Assembly (NCBI GenBank): GCA_903909295.1
Contig: CAIVVG010000179.1
Span: 1-33,082 of the forward strand
Direction of reading: 5' to 3'
Origin: an uncultured Chlamydiae bacterium
GTDB taxonomy: Bacteria > Chlamydiota > Chlamydiia > Chlamydiales > SM23-39
Length of the DNA stretch: 33,082 nt
The translations under genes and the position numbers were made by a program. The notes below the pieces were generated by a model. It was not told the origin of the DNA. It did no database searches and saw nothing but the letters and a program-made list of their open reading frames with translations. Shown here piece after piece: positions 7,433 to 16,620 of the stretch (positions are counted from its first letter, which is position 1; every line of letters begins with the position of its first letter).

Positions 7433-8593
7433 ATGATCAGAGTCGTTTTTTTCGCCCTCATCGCCTCCTCTTTGTGGGGAAAGCCGCTCGAAGTCACTCT
7501 GCAAGCGCGCTCTGCGATCTTGATGAACGGAGAAACGGGAGCTATCCTCTACGAAAAGCATGCCCACACCCCGTCATTCCCTGCGAGTATCACCAAAATC
7601 GCCACCGCCCTTTTTGTCCTCGATCAGAAGAAAGGAACTTGGGATGAGGTAGTTACGGTCTCTGGGGAGGCGCTCCGCTTCAAAAACCCCCAAGATTTGA
7701 AACATGCCCTCCCCCATTGGCTGGAGCCAGAAGGGACCATGATGTGGCTCGCTAAGGGGGAAAAGGTCTCTCTAGATGCGCTCTTGCATGGCTTGATGCT
7801 CGTCTCTGGGAATGATGCGGCGAACGTCCTTGCAGAGACCGTTTCGGGCTCAGTGCCCCAATTCATTGAACAGCTCAATGAGTATGTGCGCGATTTGGGG
7901 TGCCTCCATACCCAATTTCGCAATCCACACGGGCTCCATCATCCCGAGCATTTTACGACGGCTTACGACATCTGTTTGGTGACGAAGAAAGCGCTTCAGT
8001 TTCCCAAATTTCGGTCGATTGTGTCGAGCCTCTCTTACATGAAGCCCAAGACGAATAAACAACCCGTGACCGAGTTTTTTCAGAAAAATCCCCTTTTGAA
8101 ATCGGGCAAGTTCCACTACTCCAAGGCGATCGGGGTAAAAACGGGCTATACCTCCCATGCGCAACACACTTTAGTGGCTGCTGCCGAGCATGATGGAAGA
8201 TTACTCATCGCGGTCGTGCTCGGATGTAAGCAAAAAGGGGAGCACTGCGCCGATGTGACGCGCCTCTTTGAAGCGGCCTTTGCGGAAGAGAAGAAATCTC
8301 AGAGATTGATTGGTCCAGAATCTCTCTTTACGCAGAAGGTGGAAGGGGGGGCAGCTCCTGTGGAGGCTGCGCTTGCCGATGAAGTGGTGATTTCGTTTTA
8401 TCCGGCAGAAGAGCCCGCTTATAGAGCCTTTGTCCGTTGGGAGCTACCGGCGCTTCCTATCCAAAAGGGGCAGAGAGTCGGACGAATCGAGGTCTTGAGC
8501 GCAGAGGGAGTCTTGCTGACGCAGGGGCCTTTATTTGCTCAGGTGGATGTGAAACCCACCCTCCTATTCCGAATGAAGCAGTGGTTTAAGTAG
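7433..8593 (+). CDS. dacC: D-alanyl-D-alanine carboxypeptidase (class C low-molecular-weight PBP)
   Basis: Signal peptide, SxxK (ASITK), SxN (SGND) and KTG (KTGYT) motifs in the correct order and spacing. Confidence 0.9.
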   Translation: MIRVVFFALIASSLWGKPLEVTLQARSAILMNGETGAILYEKHAHTPSFPASITKIATALFVLDQKKGTWDEVVTVSGEALRFKNPQDLKHALPHWLEPEGTMMWLAKGEKVSLDALLHGLMLVSGNDAANVLAETVSGSVPQFIEQLNEYVRDLGCLHTQFRNPHGLHHPEHFTTAYDICLVTKKALQFPKFRSIVSSLSYMKPKTNKQPVTEFFQKNPLLKSGKFHYSKAIGVKTGYTSHAQHTLVAAAEHDGRLLIAVVLGCKQKGEHCADVTRLFEAAFAEEKKSQRLIGPESLFTQKVEGGAAPVEAALADEVVISFYPAEEPAYRAFVRWELPALPIQKGQRVGRIEVLSAEGVLLTQGPLFAQVDVKPTLLFRMKQWFK

Positions 8594-9385
8594 TCTCTCA
8601 TAAAAGCCTATCCACTGCTCTAAGGAGAGTGCTTCAGGGCGCGCTTCGGGAGAAACGCCGATTGTTCGTAACGCCGCCTCCACTTGGACGGGAGGGAAGA
8701 GGCTCTGCAAGGAAGACCGTAGCATCTTGCGCCGTTGTTGGAAGGCCCTCCGAATCACCGCAAACATCTCTTTCCCCTCTCTCTCCGCATTGCAAAAATC
8801 GAGGCGCAGTACTGTAGAGTCGACGTTGGGGCGTGGGTAAAAGCAGCCGGGACTTACGCGGAAGGTTTTGGTGATCTGGGCAAAAAACTGGACAAAGAGG
8901 GTGAGTGAGCCAAATTCTTTGGTGTGGGGCTGCGCGGCCAGTCTGTCGGCGACCTCTTTTTGGATCATGAGGGTGAAGGAGGAAAAGAGAGGGGCGTGTT
9001 CGCAGATTTTCTCTAAAATGGGGGCTGTGATGTGGTAGGGGAGGTTCGCGACGCCTTTGAGGGGGGCGTGGGCTTTCAGCGTTTCCCAGGGAAACTCGAG
9101 GATGTCTACCGGAAAGATATGGAGGGGTCCTTCGAAGCGGGAGAGCTCTCTTGCGAATAAGGGGTCTTTTTCCACTGCGATGACGGTGGCTCCCTGTTTG
9201 AGGAGCTCTTGGGTGAGGGCGCCGGGGCCGGGACCTATTTCGAAAACGCGGTCGCCTGGCTGAATATCGGCTGCAGCCACAATTTTCTTAACGACGTTGG
9301 GGTCGATGAGAAAATTCTGCGAGAGGCTTTTTCTCGGGGAGGCGCCGATGCGCTCCAAGAACGGGATGAGTTCAGAAAGGATCAT
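8564..9385 (-). CDS. rsmA: 16S rRNA (adenine1518/1519-N6)-dimethyltransferase
   Basis: SLSQNFLIDPNVV and the SAM motif VFEIGPGPGALT. The start overlaps the upstream gene's stop as ATGA. The 3' end overlaps dacC by 30 nt in convergent orientation. Confidence 0.9.
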   Translation of the reverse strand: MILSELIPFLERIGASPRKSLSQNFLIDPNVVKKIVAAADIQPGDRVFEIGPGPGALTQELLKQGATVIAVEKDPLFARELSRFEGPLHIFPVDILEFPWETLKAHAPLKGVANLPYHITAPILEKICEHAPLFSSFTLMIQKEVADRLAAQPHTKEFGSLTLFVQFFAQITKTFRVSPGCFYPRPNVDSTVLRLDFCNAEREGKEMFAVIRRAFQQRRKMLRSSLQSLFPPVQVEAALRTIGVSPEARPEALSLEQWIGFYERLLKPLLHSE

Positions 9386-10359
9386 TGCAAAGAAAAGGGA
9401 TGGAGATCTGTGGGGATCACTTGTTGCAAAGAGACTTCATCATAGCCGTGTTGTTTGCGGAGTCTTTCGAGATAGTTAGTCGATTCAGCTGCGATGGCTT
9501 TTTGCACGAGTTCTCCTCGCAATTGGTCTGTAAGGGCTTCAAAGGGAGGGGCGGGGTGGTCTTCTTTTTTGATGAGGTGGAAGATCCTGTGGAGTCCCTT
9601 CTTGTCGGAGCGGCTCAGTTGGAAAATAGGGGAGCTATACTGGCCTGGCTCTAGGGAGGCGAGGGCTTTTTTATGCATCTCTGAGAGGTCTTGGTCTTTG
9701 GCTGTAAAATCGGTAGAGGCCTGTACCGCTTCATGTGCGAGGAGTTCGCCTGTGGCGAGGAGTTTTTCGTGCACGGCTTGTACGATGCTCTCGTCTTTGA
9801 CAGAGATCACTCGATAGGTCCACTCTTGATAAGGGGGATGTTCTTTGAGGTAGATGCGATAGGCTTGGCGGATGTCTTGGGGAGTGACGGCGCTGAGGGC
9901 GCGCGAGTGGACAAACCACCAGCTCATCCGGCGGACGATCATTTCACTTTTGACAAGGGCCCATGTTTCTTCATAGCTCAGGCCGATTTTCTCGAGGGTG
10001 CGCATGACGTTGGGTCCAAATCGAGATTCCATCTCTTCTCGGATTTCCCCATCGGTCAACGCGACCTCTTTGACTCCTGCGTCAGCGAGCATCAGTTCAT
10101 TATCGACCAGTTCGCGGAGAACCTGGCGCCAGCTCACTTCGTAATATTGAAGGCGGGCAGGGGTCGATTCGGACAATTGCGGATAATTTTGGTAGAACAG
10201 GAGATCCATCTTCTTTCTAACATCGAGCATCGAGAAGGTCTTGTCATTGACTTTGACCAAGATCGCATTTTGCATCGCGATTTGCTTATTGTCCGCAAAG
10301 TCAGGCATAGGAGCGGCTGCGAGAAGAAGTGAGGCGAACAGTGGAAACATATGGTGCAT
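9382..10359 (-). CDS. Periplasmic chaperone, SurA-N / parvulin (PPIC)-like
   Basis: Signal peptide MHHMFPLFASLLLAAAP, a SurA-like N-terminal helical region, and a degenerate parvulin-like segment (ISVKDES...LEPGQYSSPIFQ...HRIFHLIKKE). An SD GGGGAG lies 9 nt upstream of the ATG. Confidence 0.5.
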   Translation of the reverse strand: MHHMFPLFASLLLAAAPMPDFADNKQIAMQNAILVKVNDKTFSMLDVRKKMDLLFYQNYPQLSESTPARLQYYEVSWRQVLRELVDNELMLADAGVKEVALTDGEIREEMESRFGPNVMRTLEKIGLSYEETWALVKSEMIVRRMSWWFVHSRALSAVTPQDIRQAYRIYLKEHPPYQEWTYRVISVKDESIVQAVHEKLLATGELLAHEAVQASTDFTAKDQDLSEMHKKALASLEPGQYSSPIFQLSRSDKKGLHRIFHLIKKEDHPAPPFEALTDQLRGELVQKAIAAESTNYLERLRKQHGYDEVSLQQVIPTDLHPFSLQ

Positions 10360-10363
10360 TCTA

Positions 10364-11488
10364 TCAGGCTCCCCGTTTTCTGAACAGTGCCACGAAAAAA
10401 CCGTCCATGCCGCCCTGCTGAGGAAGGAGGGTGAGGGGTTCTTTCACCAGCTCTAAAGGATGGGTTTTTAAAAAGAAATCGACCTGAGATTGGTTTTCTT
10501 CAGGAAGTACGCTGCAGGTTGCGTAGACGAGGTGTCCTTTAGGGCGCAAATATTGCACCACTTCAGAGACGATGCTTCTTTGTTCGGCGATGAGGCGGGA
10601 GACCATGGCTTCATCAATGCCCCACTTGGCGTCAGGATTTCTGCGGAGAGTTCCGCTGCCGCTGCACGGAACGTCGGCGAGGACCCAATCAAAGGTCCCC
10701 TTCAGTTTGTCGGCTAACTTCTCAGCGCACTGGGCATTCTGGATGCCGGCTCGTTTGAGCCTTCTTTTCGCTTCCAGCAAAATGGAGGGGCGGATGTCAT
10801 GGAGGAAAATTTGTCCGCGCCCCTTCATTTTGTGTGCAAAGGCGAGGGTTTTCCCTCCTGAGCCGCTGCAAAAGTCGAGCACCTGTTGGCCGGGACGGGG
10901 ATCCACCCAGTCGGCGATGATTTGGCTTCCCTCATCTTGTACTTCAAAGAGCCCATCTCGGAATGCGGGGAGGGTAAATAGGGGAGGGCGCCCAGAAACC
11001 TGGATGCCGACAGAAGAGTGGGTGCAAGCTTGAGGATTCCATTCAGAAAACGGGGCGAAGAGCTCTTCGCGGGTGGTTTTCAAGAGGTTTGCGCGGATGG
11101 TGACTGGGGCCTCTGTATTTAAAATTTGGCCCAGCTCGGCCGTCTTTTCGGCGCCAAAAATAGTTTTGAACCGTTCATATAAAAACGGAGGAAGGCCGAG
11201 TCGCACATCTTCGGGAAGGGAGGTGTCTTGCTGGCATCGCTCGATCGATAGGCCGCGGTAGGTAGAGAGTCTTTCCATAGGATCGTCGGAAGGGCAAAAA
11301 AGGTCGAGGAGGGACTTCCATCGGACCATGCCAAAGAGGGTATTGCCCATTGTGCGCCGGTCATTGGCGCCAATGCTTTTGTGGGAGCGGAGGTAGTCGC
11401 CCCATGACTGATCGAGGGGAGCGCGTGAGCCGAGCCACTGTTTCAAAAAAACGATGAGATGATGATCTCGAAAGGAAATTCTTTCCAT
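10364..11488 (-). CDS. rsmB: rRNA cytosine-C5 methyltransferase, RsmB/Sun (NOL1/NOP2) family
   Basis: DFCSGSGGKT (SAM binding), DVPCSGSGTLRRNPD and YATCS catalytic cysteine motifs. ATG at 11488 is preferred over the in-frame TTG at 11494. Confidence 0.85.
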   Translation of the reverse strand: MERISFRDHHLIVFLKQWLGSRAPLDQSWGDYLRSHKSIGANDRRTMGNTLFGMVRWKSLLDLFCPSDDPMERLSTYRGLSIERCQQDTSLPEDVRLGLPPFLYERFKTIFGAEKTAELGQILNTEAPVTIRANLLKTTREELFAPFSEWNPQACTHSSVGIQVSGRPPLFTLPAFRDGLFEVQDEGSQIIADWVDPRPGQQVLDFCSGSGGKTLAFAHKMKGRGQIFLHDIRPSILLEAKRRLKRAGIQNAQCAEKLADKLKGTFDWVLADVPCSGSGTLRRNPDAKWGIDEAMVSRLIAEQRSIVSEVVQYLRPKGHLVYATCSVLPEENQSQVDFFLKTHPLELVKEPLTLLPQQGGMDGFFVALFRKRGA

Positions 11489-11511
11489 AAGCAAGAGTAT
11501 TCTACTCTGAC

Positions 11512-11540
11512 TTGCTACTTAAACCCTAGAAAAATATACT
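11512..11540 (+). promoter_or_regulatory. Candidate promoter for the DoxX gene
   Basis: ttgcta (11512-11517), a 17-nt spacer, then tatact (11535-11540). The ATG at 11548 is 7 nt downstream. Confidence 0.35.
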
Positions 11541-11547
11541 GCGAGGT

Positions 11548-12027
11548 ATGAAACAGATCCGCACCTACTCGATTTTTTTAGCGAGGTTCCTGATCAGTGT
11601 CGTTTTTCTCGCTGCGGCACTGGATAAAATTTTTCATTGGCACGAAGCTGAAAGGGCGTTGTCTAATACACTGTGTGAGTGGCAGGGCTACCTCGGGTCA
11701 AATGAGGGTTTACAGAGCTGTTTTGCGGCGGTCACCCCTTGGTCCCCCTTGATCTTGATTTTCTCCACCTTTTTTGAACTCATTGGGGGGCTCCTGATCC
11801 TCCTCGGCGTCAGGGAAAAATGGGGGGCGGGGCTCATTATGGCCATCCTGATCCCCACGACCATCCTTATGTACCCTTTTTGGTTCATTGAGGGGGTGGA
11901 AAGGGAGCTGCAGACGGTTTTCTTCCTGAAGAATTTAGGGATTCTCGGCGGGCTGATCCTCGTTGCCATCCATGGAGTTCAGGTCAAGTCGGGCCCTTCT
12001 CCGTTCACGAGCTTTAAAATTGGTTAA
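11548..12027 (+). CDS. DoxX family membrane protein
   Basis: Four predicted TM segments and DoxX-like patterns: FLARFLISVVFLAAALDKI, ELIGGLLILLGV and KNLGILGGLILVAIHG. Confidence 0.7.
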   Translation: MKQIRTYSIFLARFLISVVFLAAALDKIFHWHEAERALSNTLCEWQGYLGSNEGLQSCFAAVTPWSPLILIFSTFFELIGGLLILLGVREKWGAGLIMAILIPTTILMYPFWFIEGVERELQTVFFLKNLGILGGLILVAIHGVQVKSGPSPFTSFKIG

Positions 12028-13477
12028 TTTCATTGTCAGCTTTCTGATTGTCGCCTTTGGGCAGTCGGCTTGGGTTCCCTGGCTGGGGCCTGTCGCTGCC
12101 GCCTGTGGCTACGCCCTTTTATGGCGCTCCACGACCCGCTTTTGGCCCACCACCCTTTGGTTCACGGCGGTCCAACTCGTTCAAATTTCTTGGCTTGCGA
12201 CCCCCGACTACATGCCTTTTGCCATGGTTTTCGTCTATCTTTCCCTCGCGTTTCTTTTGGGGCTCCAGTTCGGCTGGGTTTCGCGCTTAACCCACCGCCC
12301 ACTCGCTCTTGCCGGGGGGTGGGTTCTCCTCGAGTGGTCTCGTCTGTTTCTCTTTGCGGGATTTCCATGGAATCCGGTGGGATTGAGTTTGGCTACGACC
12401 TCGACTTCGATCCAATTTGCCTCGCTCTTTGGAGTCTATGGCCTCTCTTTTTGGGTCTTCTTGGTCAATGCCCTTTGGCTCCAACGGAAAAAAACTCTTT
12501 GGGCCATTTGCGCTGTAGTCCCTTATGTGTTTGGATTTGTCCAGCAACAGATTGTTGCGCCCTCTTCAGACACCCTTTCCGTAGCTCTTGTACAGACAGG
12601 CCTTTTTCCCCACGAAAAGATGCCCGTCCGAGAATACCCCGGAGCCTTTGTTCCCGCATTGACTCAATGGGAACGGGTTCTTTCCTCTATGAAGCCTGCG
12701 GAATTAATTGTGCTCCCTGAGGCGTCTTTCCCTTTTGAAGTCAACGGCCCTTACCACTCGATTAGGGGGGTTCGGTCGATGTGGAAGAGGTGTTTTGGCA
12801 CAGAACTTCCCTCCACTCTTAGAAAGCGAGTGACCAACGGATGGATTGCGCAACAGCTCGCGGACCATTTTGGAGCTCAAGTCATCGCGGGGTTTGACGA
12901 TTATGACAAGGAAAACGCCTATAATGCCGCCTTTCTTTTTTCTCCTCAGCGATCAGCGCCAGAGCGGTATGAGAAACGAACTCTGATGCCGGCTGTGGAG
13001 TACATTCCCCCGTTTGCCGCAGCATTTTTGTCGACTCATTTCGGTCTTATATCCTCTTTTGATGAGGGGACTGAGGCGAAAGTTTTTGCCTCTCGAGTCC
13101 CTCTCGGCATCGCCATTTGCTCCGATGAGGCCTATAGCGATATCGTTCGACAACAGCGGGCGAACGGAGCGGAACTCCTCGTGAGTATTTCGAATGACGG
13201 CTGGTATCCCTACTCTCGGTTGTCGCGGCAACACTTTGAGCAAGGGCGCCTGCGCGCTGCAGAAAACGGAGTCCCCTTGGTCCGTTCTTGCAATACGGGG
13301 GTGACCGGTGTCATCGATTGTTTTGGGAAATCGCTTGCGGAGCTCCCAGTAGACGATGGACAGGTTCACGTCCTTTGTTTTGATGTACCACTCCGCTCTT
13401 TTCCTACGCTTTATACGTTCTGGGGCGACCGGGCGGTGCTCCTCATTGCTCTTCTGTTTATTGTTGCTCTAATATAG
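11963..13477 (+). CDS. lnt: Apolipoprotein N-acyltransferase
   Basis: A multi-TM N-terminal half followed by a CN-hydrolase C-terminal half (IVLPEASFPF, YEKRTLMP, GIAICSDEAY). The start is uncertain: ATG 11963 overlaps doxX by 65 nt, and ATG 11972 or TTG 12020 are alternatives. Confidence 0.85.
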   Translation: MPSMEFRSSRALLRSRALKLVNFIVSFLIVAFGQSAWVPWLGPVAAACGYALLWRSTTRFWPTTLWFTAVQLVQISWLATPDYMPFAMVFVYLSLAFLLGLQFGWVSRLTHRPLALAGGWVLLEWSRLFLFAGFPWNPVGLSLATTSTSIQFASLFGVYGLSFWVFLVNALWLQRKKTLWAICAVVPYVFGFVQQQIVAPSSDTLSVALVQTGLFPHEKMPVREYPGAFVPALTQWERVLSSMKPAELIVLPEASFPFEVNGPYHSIRGVRSMWKRCFGTELPSTLRKRVTNGWIAQQLADHFGAQVIAGFDDYDKENAYNAAFLFSPQRSAPERYEKRTLMPAVEYIPPFAAAFLSTHFGLISSFDEGTEAKVFASRVPLGIAICSDEAYSDIVRQQRANGAELLVSISNDGWYPYSRLSRQHFEQGRLRAAENGVPLVRSCNTGVTGVIDCFGKSLAELPVDDGQVHVLCFDVPLRSFPTLYTFWGDRAVLLIALLFIVALI

Positions 13478-13517
13478 GGCGCTCAGTTAATTTCTTATCT
13501 AACTTTTAGAGGTCTGT

Positions 13518-14366
13518 TTGGTTCAGGAAAAAACTCTCGTTAGGGAAGTCTCTTTTTCAGGAAGAGCCCTTTTTACTGGCGCTGATACGACGGTTTCATT
13601 GATTCCAGCCCCTCCCTCGACGGGCATCGTCTTCCAGAGAATAGACCTTCCCGGAAAACCGGAAATCCCTGCGCGGGCCGCGTTTGTTCAAGAGGCGCCC
13701 AGATCCACTCGTTTAAGTCAGGGGTCAGCCACCGTCCTCATGGTGGAGCATTTACTGGCCGCTTTATTTGCTTATGGGATCGATAACCTCCGTATCGCCG
13801 TAACAGGTCCCGAAATTCCGTGCGGAGATGGGAGCTCTTTGCTTTTTGTCAACCTCATTGAACAAGCAGGGGTGGTTGAGCAGGGTGTTCCCAAACGGTT
13901 TCTCCAAGTGAAAGAGCCCGTTTTTTGGTCCGAAGGGGACGTCCACCTCATCGCTCTCCCTGCCGAAGATTTTCGCCTGAGCTACACACTTCATTACCCT
14001 CAAGCTGAGAAAATTGGGACCCAGTATTATACGGTCACTGTCACTCCCGAGAGATTTAAAGCGGACATTGCCCCTTGTCGCACGTTTGCCATTTACGAAG
14101 AACTGCTCCCTTTGATCGAAAGGGGATTGCTCAAAGGCGCCGGCCTGGAAAGTGGCCTGGTTTTTCAGGGCAACCGGATCCTCAATCCGGAGGGAGCCCG
14201 CTTTCCGGACGAGCCCGTGCGGCATAAAATTCTCGATTTGATTGGGGATCTCTCTCTCATCGGAACCCCCTTGCGCGCCCATGTAATTGCGGTCCGTTCT
14301 GGGCACCCCAGTCACGCAACATTTGCAAAAATTCTCGCAAAAAGGGAGAATCTTCTTAATGGATGA
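13518..14366 (+). CDS. lpxC: UDP-3-O-acyl-N-acetylglucosamine deacetylase
   Basis: QKTL..VSFSG.ALFTG...V.L.PAP..TGIVFQRIDL N-terminus, HKILDLIGDL, and HPSHATF near the C-terminus. TTG start with SD agagg 5 nt upstream. Confidence 0.92.
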   Translation: MVQEKTLVREVSFSGRALFTGADTTVSLIPAPPSTGIVFQRIDLPGKPEIPARAAFVQEAPRSTRLSQGSATVLMVEHLLAALFAYGIDNLRIAVTGPEIPCGDGSSLLFVNLIEQAGVVEQGVPKRFLQVKEPVFWSEGDVHLIALPAEDFRLSYTLHYPQAEKIGTQYYTVTVTPERFKADIAPCRTFAIYEELLPLIERGLLKGAGLESGLVFQGNRILNPEGARFPDEPVRHKILDLIGDLSLIGTPLRAHVIAVRSGHPSHATFAKILAKRENLLNG

Positions 14367-14820
14367 AACACAAAAAGTTCCCTTGATCAATGCAAAAGGC
14401 ATTGCAGCGATCTTGCCTCACCGCTATCCTTTCCTCTTGGTCGATCGCGTCATTCACATCGATTTGGAGTCCAATGAGATCATTGGACTGAAGAATGTCA
14501 CCATCAACGAACCCTTTTTCCAAGGCCATTTCCCTGGAGCACCCATCATGCCGGGGGTTTTGCTCTTGGAGGCGCTTGCACAGACGGGTGGCATTTTAGT
14601 TCACCAAAAAGGATATACGACGAAGATCGCAGTACTTCTCAACATAAGTTACGCCAAATTTCGCAAGCCCGTTGTGCCTGGAGATGTTCTCTATTTACAC
14701 GCAAAAGGATTGCACATCAGCAGTACGGGCGGCAAAGTGCAGGCGAAAGCAATGGTGGGAGAACAACTTGCAGTGGAAGCAGAATTGAGTTTTGCCCTTG
14801 TAGATAAAGAAAAATTATAA
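14359..14820 (+). CDS. fabZ: 3-hydroxyacyl-ACP dehydratase
   Basis: [13 protein letters not shown] and [26 protein letters not shown] 14359 overlaps the lpxC stop (ATGGATGA). The upstream part of the tracked ORF lies inside lpxC. Confidence 0.93.
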   Translation: MDETQKVPLINAKGIAAILPHRYPFLLVDRVIHIDLESNEIIGLKNVTINEPFFQGHFPGAPIMPGVLLLEALAQTGGILVHQKGYTTKIAVLLNISYAKFRKPVVPGDVLYLHAKGLHISSTGGKVQAKAMVGEQLAVEAELSFALVDKEKL

Positions 14821-14844
14821 CGCCATTACATAAAGCGGATTTCC

Positions 14845-15681
14845 ATGTTTGACCAATACCCTCAAGCCTTCGTAGAACCAGGCGCAAAAATCGGAAAAAA
14901 TGTCACCATCGAGCCGTTCGCGGTGGTGAAAAAAAATGTGATTCTCGAAGACAATGTGGTGATCAAATCTCACGCCTACATCGACGGGAATACGACCATC
15001 GGCGAAGGGACTATCATTTGGCCCGGCGCAAGCATCGGAACCAAAACTCAGGATCTCAAGTTTCGCGGAGAGACCACCTATGTCACCATCGGCAAGCGAT
15101 GTGAAATACGGGAATTTGTCACCATCAACTCCTCTTGCCAGGAAAACTCGGTCGTCAGCATCGGCGATGACTGCCTCCTCATGGCCTATTGCCACGTAGC
15201 CCACAACTGCCAGATCGGCAACCGCGTGGTCATGTCCAATAGCGCAATGCTCGCCGGACACGTCATTGTCGAAGACAACGCCATCATAGGCGGAATGACC
15301 CCCGTACACCAGTTTTCTAGGATTGGTTGCTACGCCATGGTCGGCGGCTTTAGCAGAGTCGCAAGAGATGTTCCCCCTTACACTGTCGGAGGAGGATTTC
15401 CCTACAAATTCGGCGGCGTCAACATCATCGGATTGAAACGGCACAAATTCTCCCTCGAAGTGCGCATTGCGCTGAGCAAAGCATTCCGAATCACCTATCG
15501 AAACGGTTTGCATCTCAACGATGCCATTGAGCAAATTACGAAAGAGATCGAACCCCATCAAGAAGTGCTCCACTGGATCAATTTCTGCAAGACATCCAAG
15601 CGAGGACTGCTCGGACTCGAAGGGATCACCCGAGGGACTGGCGTCGCCGGAGAAAGTGAAGACCAGTATTTTGAAGATTAA
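14845..15681 (+). CDS. lpxA: Acyl-ACP--UDP-N-acetylglucosamine O-acyltransferase
   Basis: Left-handed beta-helix hexapeptide repeats, QDLKFRGETTYVTIG, and an LpxA C-terminal helical domain (NIIGLKRHKFS). Confidence 0.92.
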   Translation: MFDQYPQAFVEPGAKIGKNVTIEPFAVVKKNVILEDNVVIKSHAYIDGNTTIGEGTIIWPGASIGTKTQDLKFRGETTYVTIGKRCEIREFVTINSSCQENSVVSIGDDCLLMAYCHVAHNCQIGNRVVMSNSAMLAGHVIVEDNAIIGGMTPVHQFSRIGCYAMVGGFSRVARDVPPYTVGGGFPYKFGGVNIIGLKRHKFSLEVRIALSKAFRITYRNGLHLNDAIEQITKEIEPHQEVLHWINFCKTSKRGLLGLEGITRGTGVAGESEDQYFED

Positions 15682-16573
15682 GATTGTCTTTTTCGGCACC
15701 CCTCGCTTTGCCGCAGAGGTGCTCCGTTACCTCCTGGAGCAGGGGATCGTCCCTTGCGCCATAGTGACCCAACCCGATCGCCCCAAAGGGCGGTCCCTCC
15801 AGATGGCTCCCTCCCCCGTCAAAGAAGTTGCTGGGGACATCCCCCTTTTACAGCCCGAAAAGGCCTCTGATCCCATTTTCTTGCAGCAGCTCCAAGCTTT
15901 TGACGCCGACCTCTTCGTCGTCGTCGCCTACGGACAGATTTTATCCCAAAAACTCCTTGACATCCCCCGGCTTAGGTGTATCAATGTCCACGCCAGCTTG
16001 CTCCCCAGTTACCGCGGAGCCGCCCCCATCCAGCGGTGCTTGATGGACGGCGTTCATGAGACCGGTATCGCCATTCAGAAAATGGTTCGGCAGCTCGATG
16101 CCGGCGACGTGATTGCAAAGACTCGAGTAGCTGTGCCCCCGGAAATGACTTTTGGGGAACTGGAAGAGGCTTTGTGCAGTGAATCTAAGTCGTTGTTAGT
16201 AAGCGTGTTGCGGATGTATGAGAAGGGGGTTCCAGAAGGGACTCCTCAGGATGCATCGCGCGTGACTTATGCCCCCAAGATCGAGGTGGAAGAGGGGGAA
16301 ATCGATTGGAAATTGGATGCCAAAATAATCCACAATCGGATTCGGGCCCTTTCCCCCAAACCCGGCGCCTGGTGCAGGCTGGCTGACGGCAAGCGGCTCA
16401 AAGTGCTGCGCGCCTGCCTCGCTGAGGGAGGGGAGGTTTCGGATGGCATCGTTGCCTGCGGCAACGGCGCCGTCCGCCTCCTCGAGGTGCAACCCGAGGG
16501 GAAAAAGGCAATGTCCGCTGCCGATTGGTTGAGAGGGCAGAAATTTTTTAAAACTCTCTTTACAACAACTTGA
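15671..16573 (+). CDS. fmt: Methionyl-tRNA formyltransferase
   Basis: KIVFFGTPRFAAEVL, QPDRPKGR and INVHASLLPSYRGAAPIQ. There is no ATG upstream of the conserved N-terminus. TTG at 15671 is the likely start and overlaps lpxA by 11 nt. Confidence 0.9.
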   Translation: MKIKIVFFGTPRFAAEVLRYLLEQGIVPCAIVTQPDRPKGRSLQMAPSPVKEVAGDIPLLQPEKASDPIFLQQLQAFDADLFVVVAYGQILSQKLLDIPRLRCINVHASLLPSYRGAAPIQRCLMDGVHETGIAIQKMVRQLDAGDVIAKTRVAVPPEMTFGELEEALCSESKSLLVSVLRMYEKGVPEGTPQDASRVTYAPKIEVEEGEIDWKLDAKIIHNRIRALSPKPGAWCRLADGKRLKVLRACLAEGGEVSDGIVACGNGAVRLLEVQPEGKKAMSAADWLRGQKFFKTLFTTT

Positions 16574-16587
16574 CCTTTTGGTATCAT

Positions 16588-16615
16588 CCTACCTTCGTAA
16601 ACTTAAAAAGGTAGG
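16588..16615 (+). promoter_or_regulatory. 5'-UTR hairpin sequestering the SD of the Inc-like gene
   Basis: An 8-bp stem cctacctt (16588-16595) / aaggtagg (16608-16615) with a 12-nt loop. The 3' arm is the only SD-like element and sits 5 nt upstream of ATG 16621. Confidence 0.4.
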
Positions 16616-16620
16616 TAGTT

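Noticed and set aside
9691-10332. A 213-aa ORF antisense to the SurA/parvulin-like gene. Similar shadow ORFs occur at 13764-14402, 2810-3472 and 3578-4165.
   Set aside because: These are shadow frames of well-supported genes. Their composition is dominated by Arg, Gly and Asp runs typical of antisense translation.
12070-12720. A 216-aa alternative-frame ORF inside lnt
   Set aside because: The lnt frame gives a coherent multi-TM protein with a CN-hydrolase domain. The alternative frame is Pro/Arg/Gly-rich junk.
14815-15699. A 294-aa ORF antisense to lpxA
   Set aside because: It mirrors the hexapeptide-repeat gene. It has no independent start signals or motifs, so it is a typical shadow ORF.
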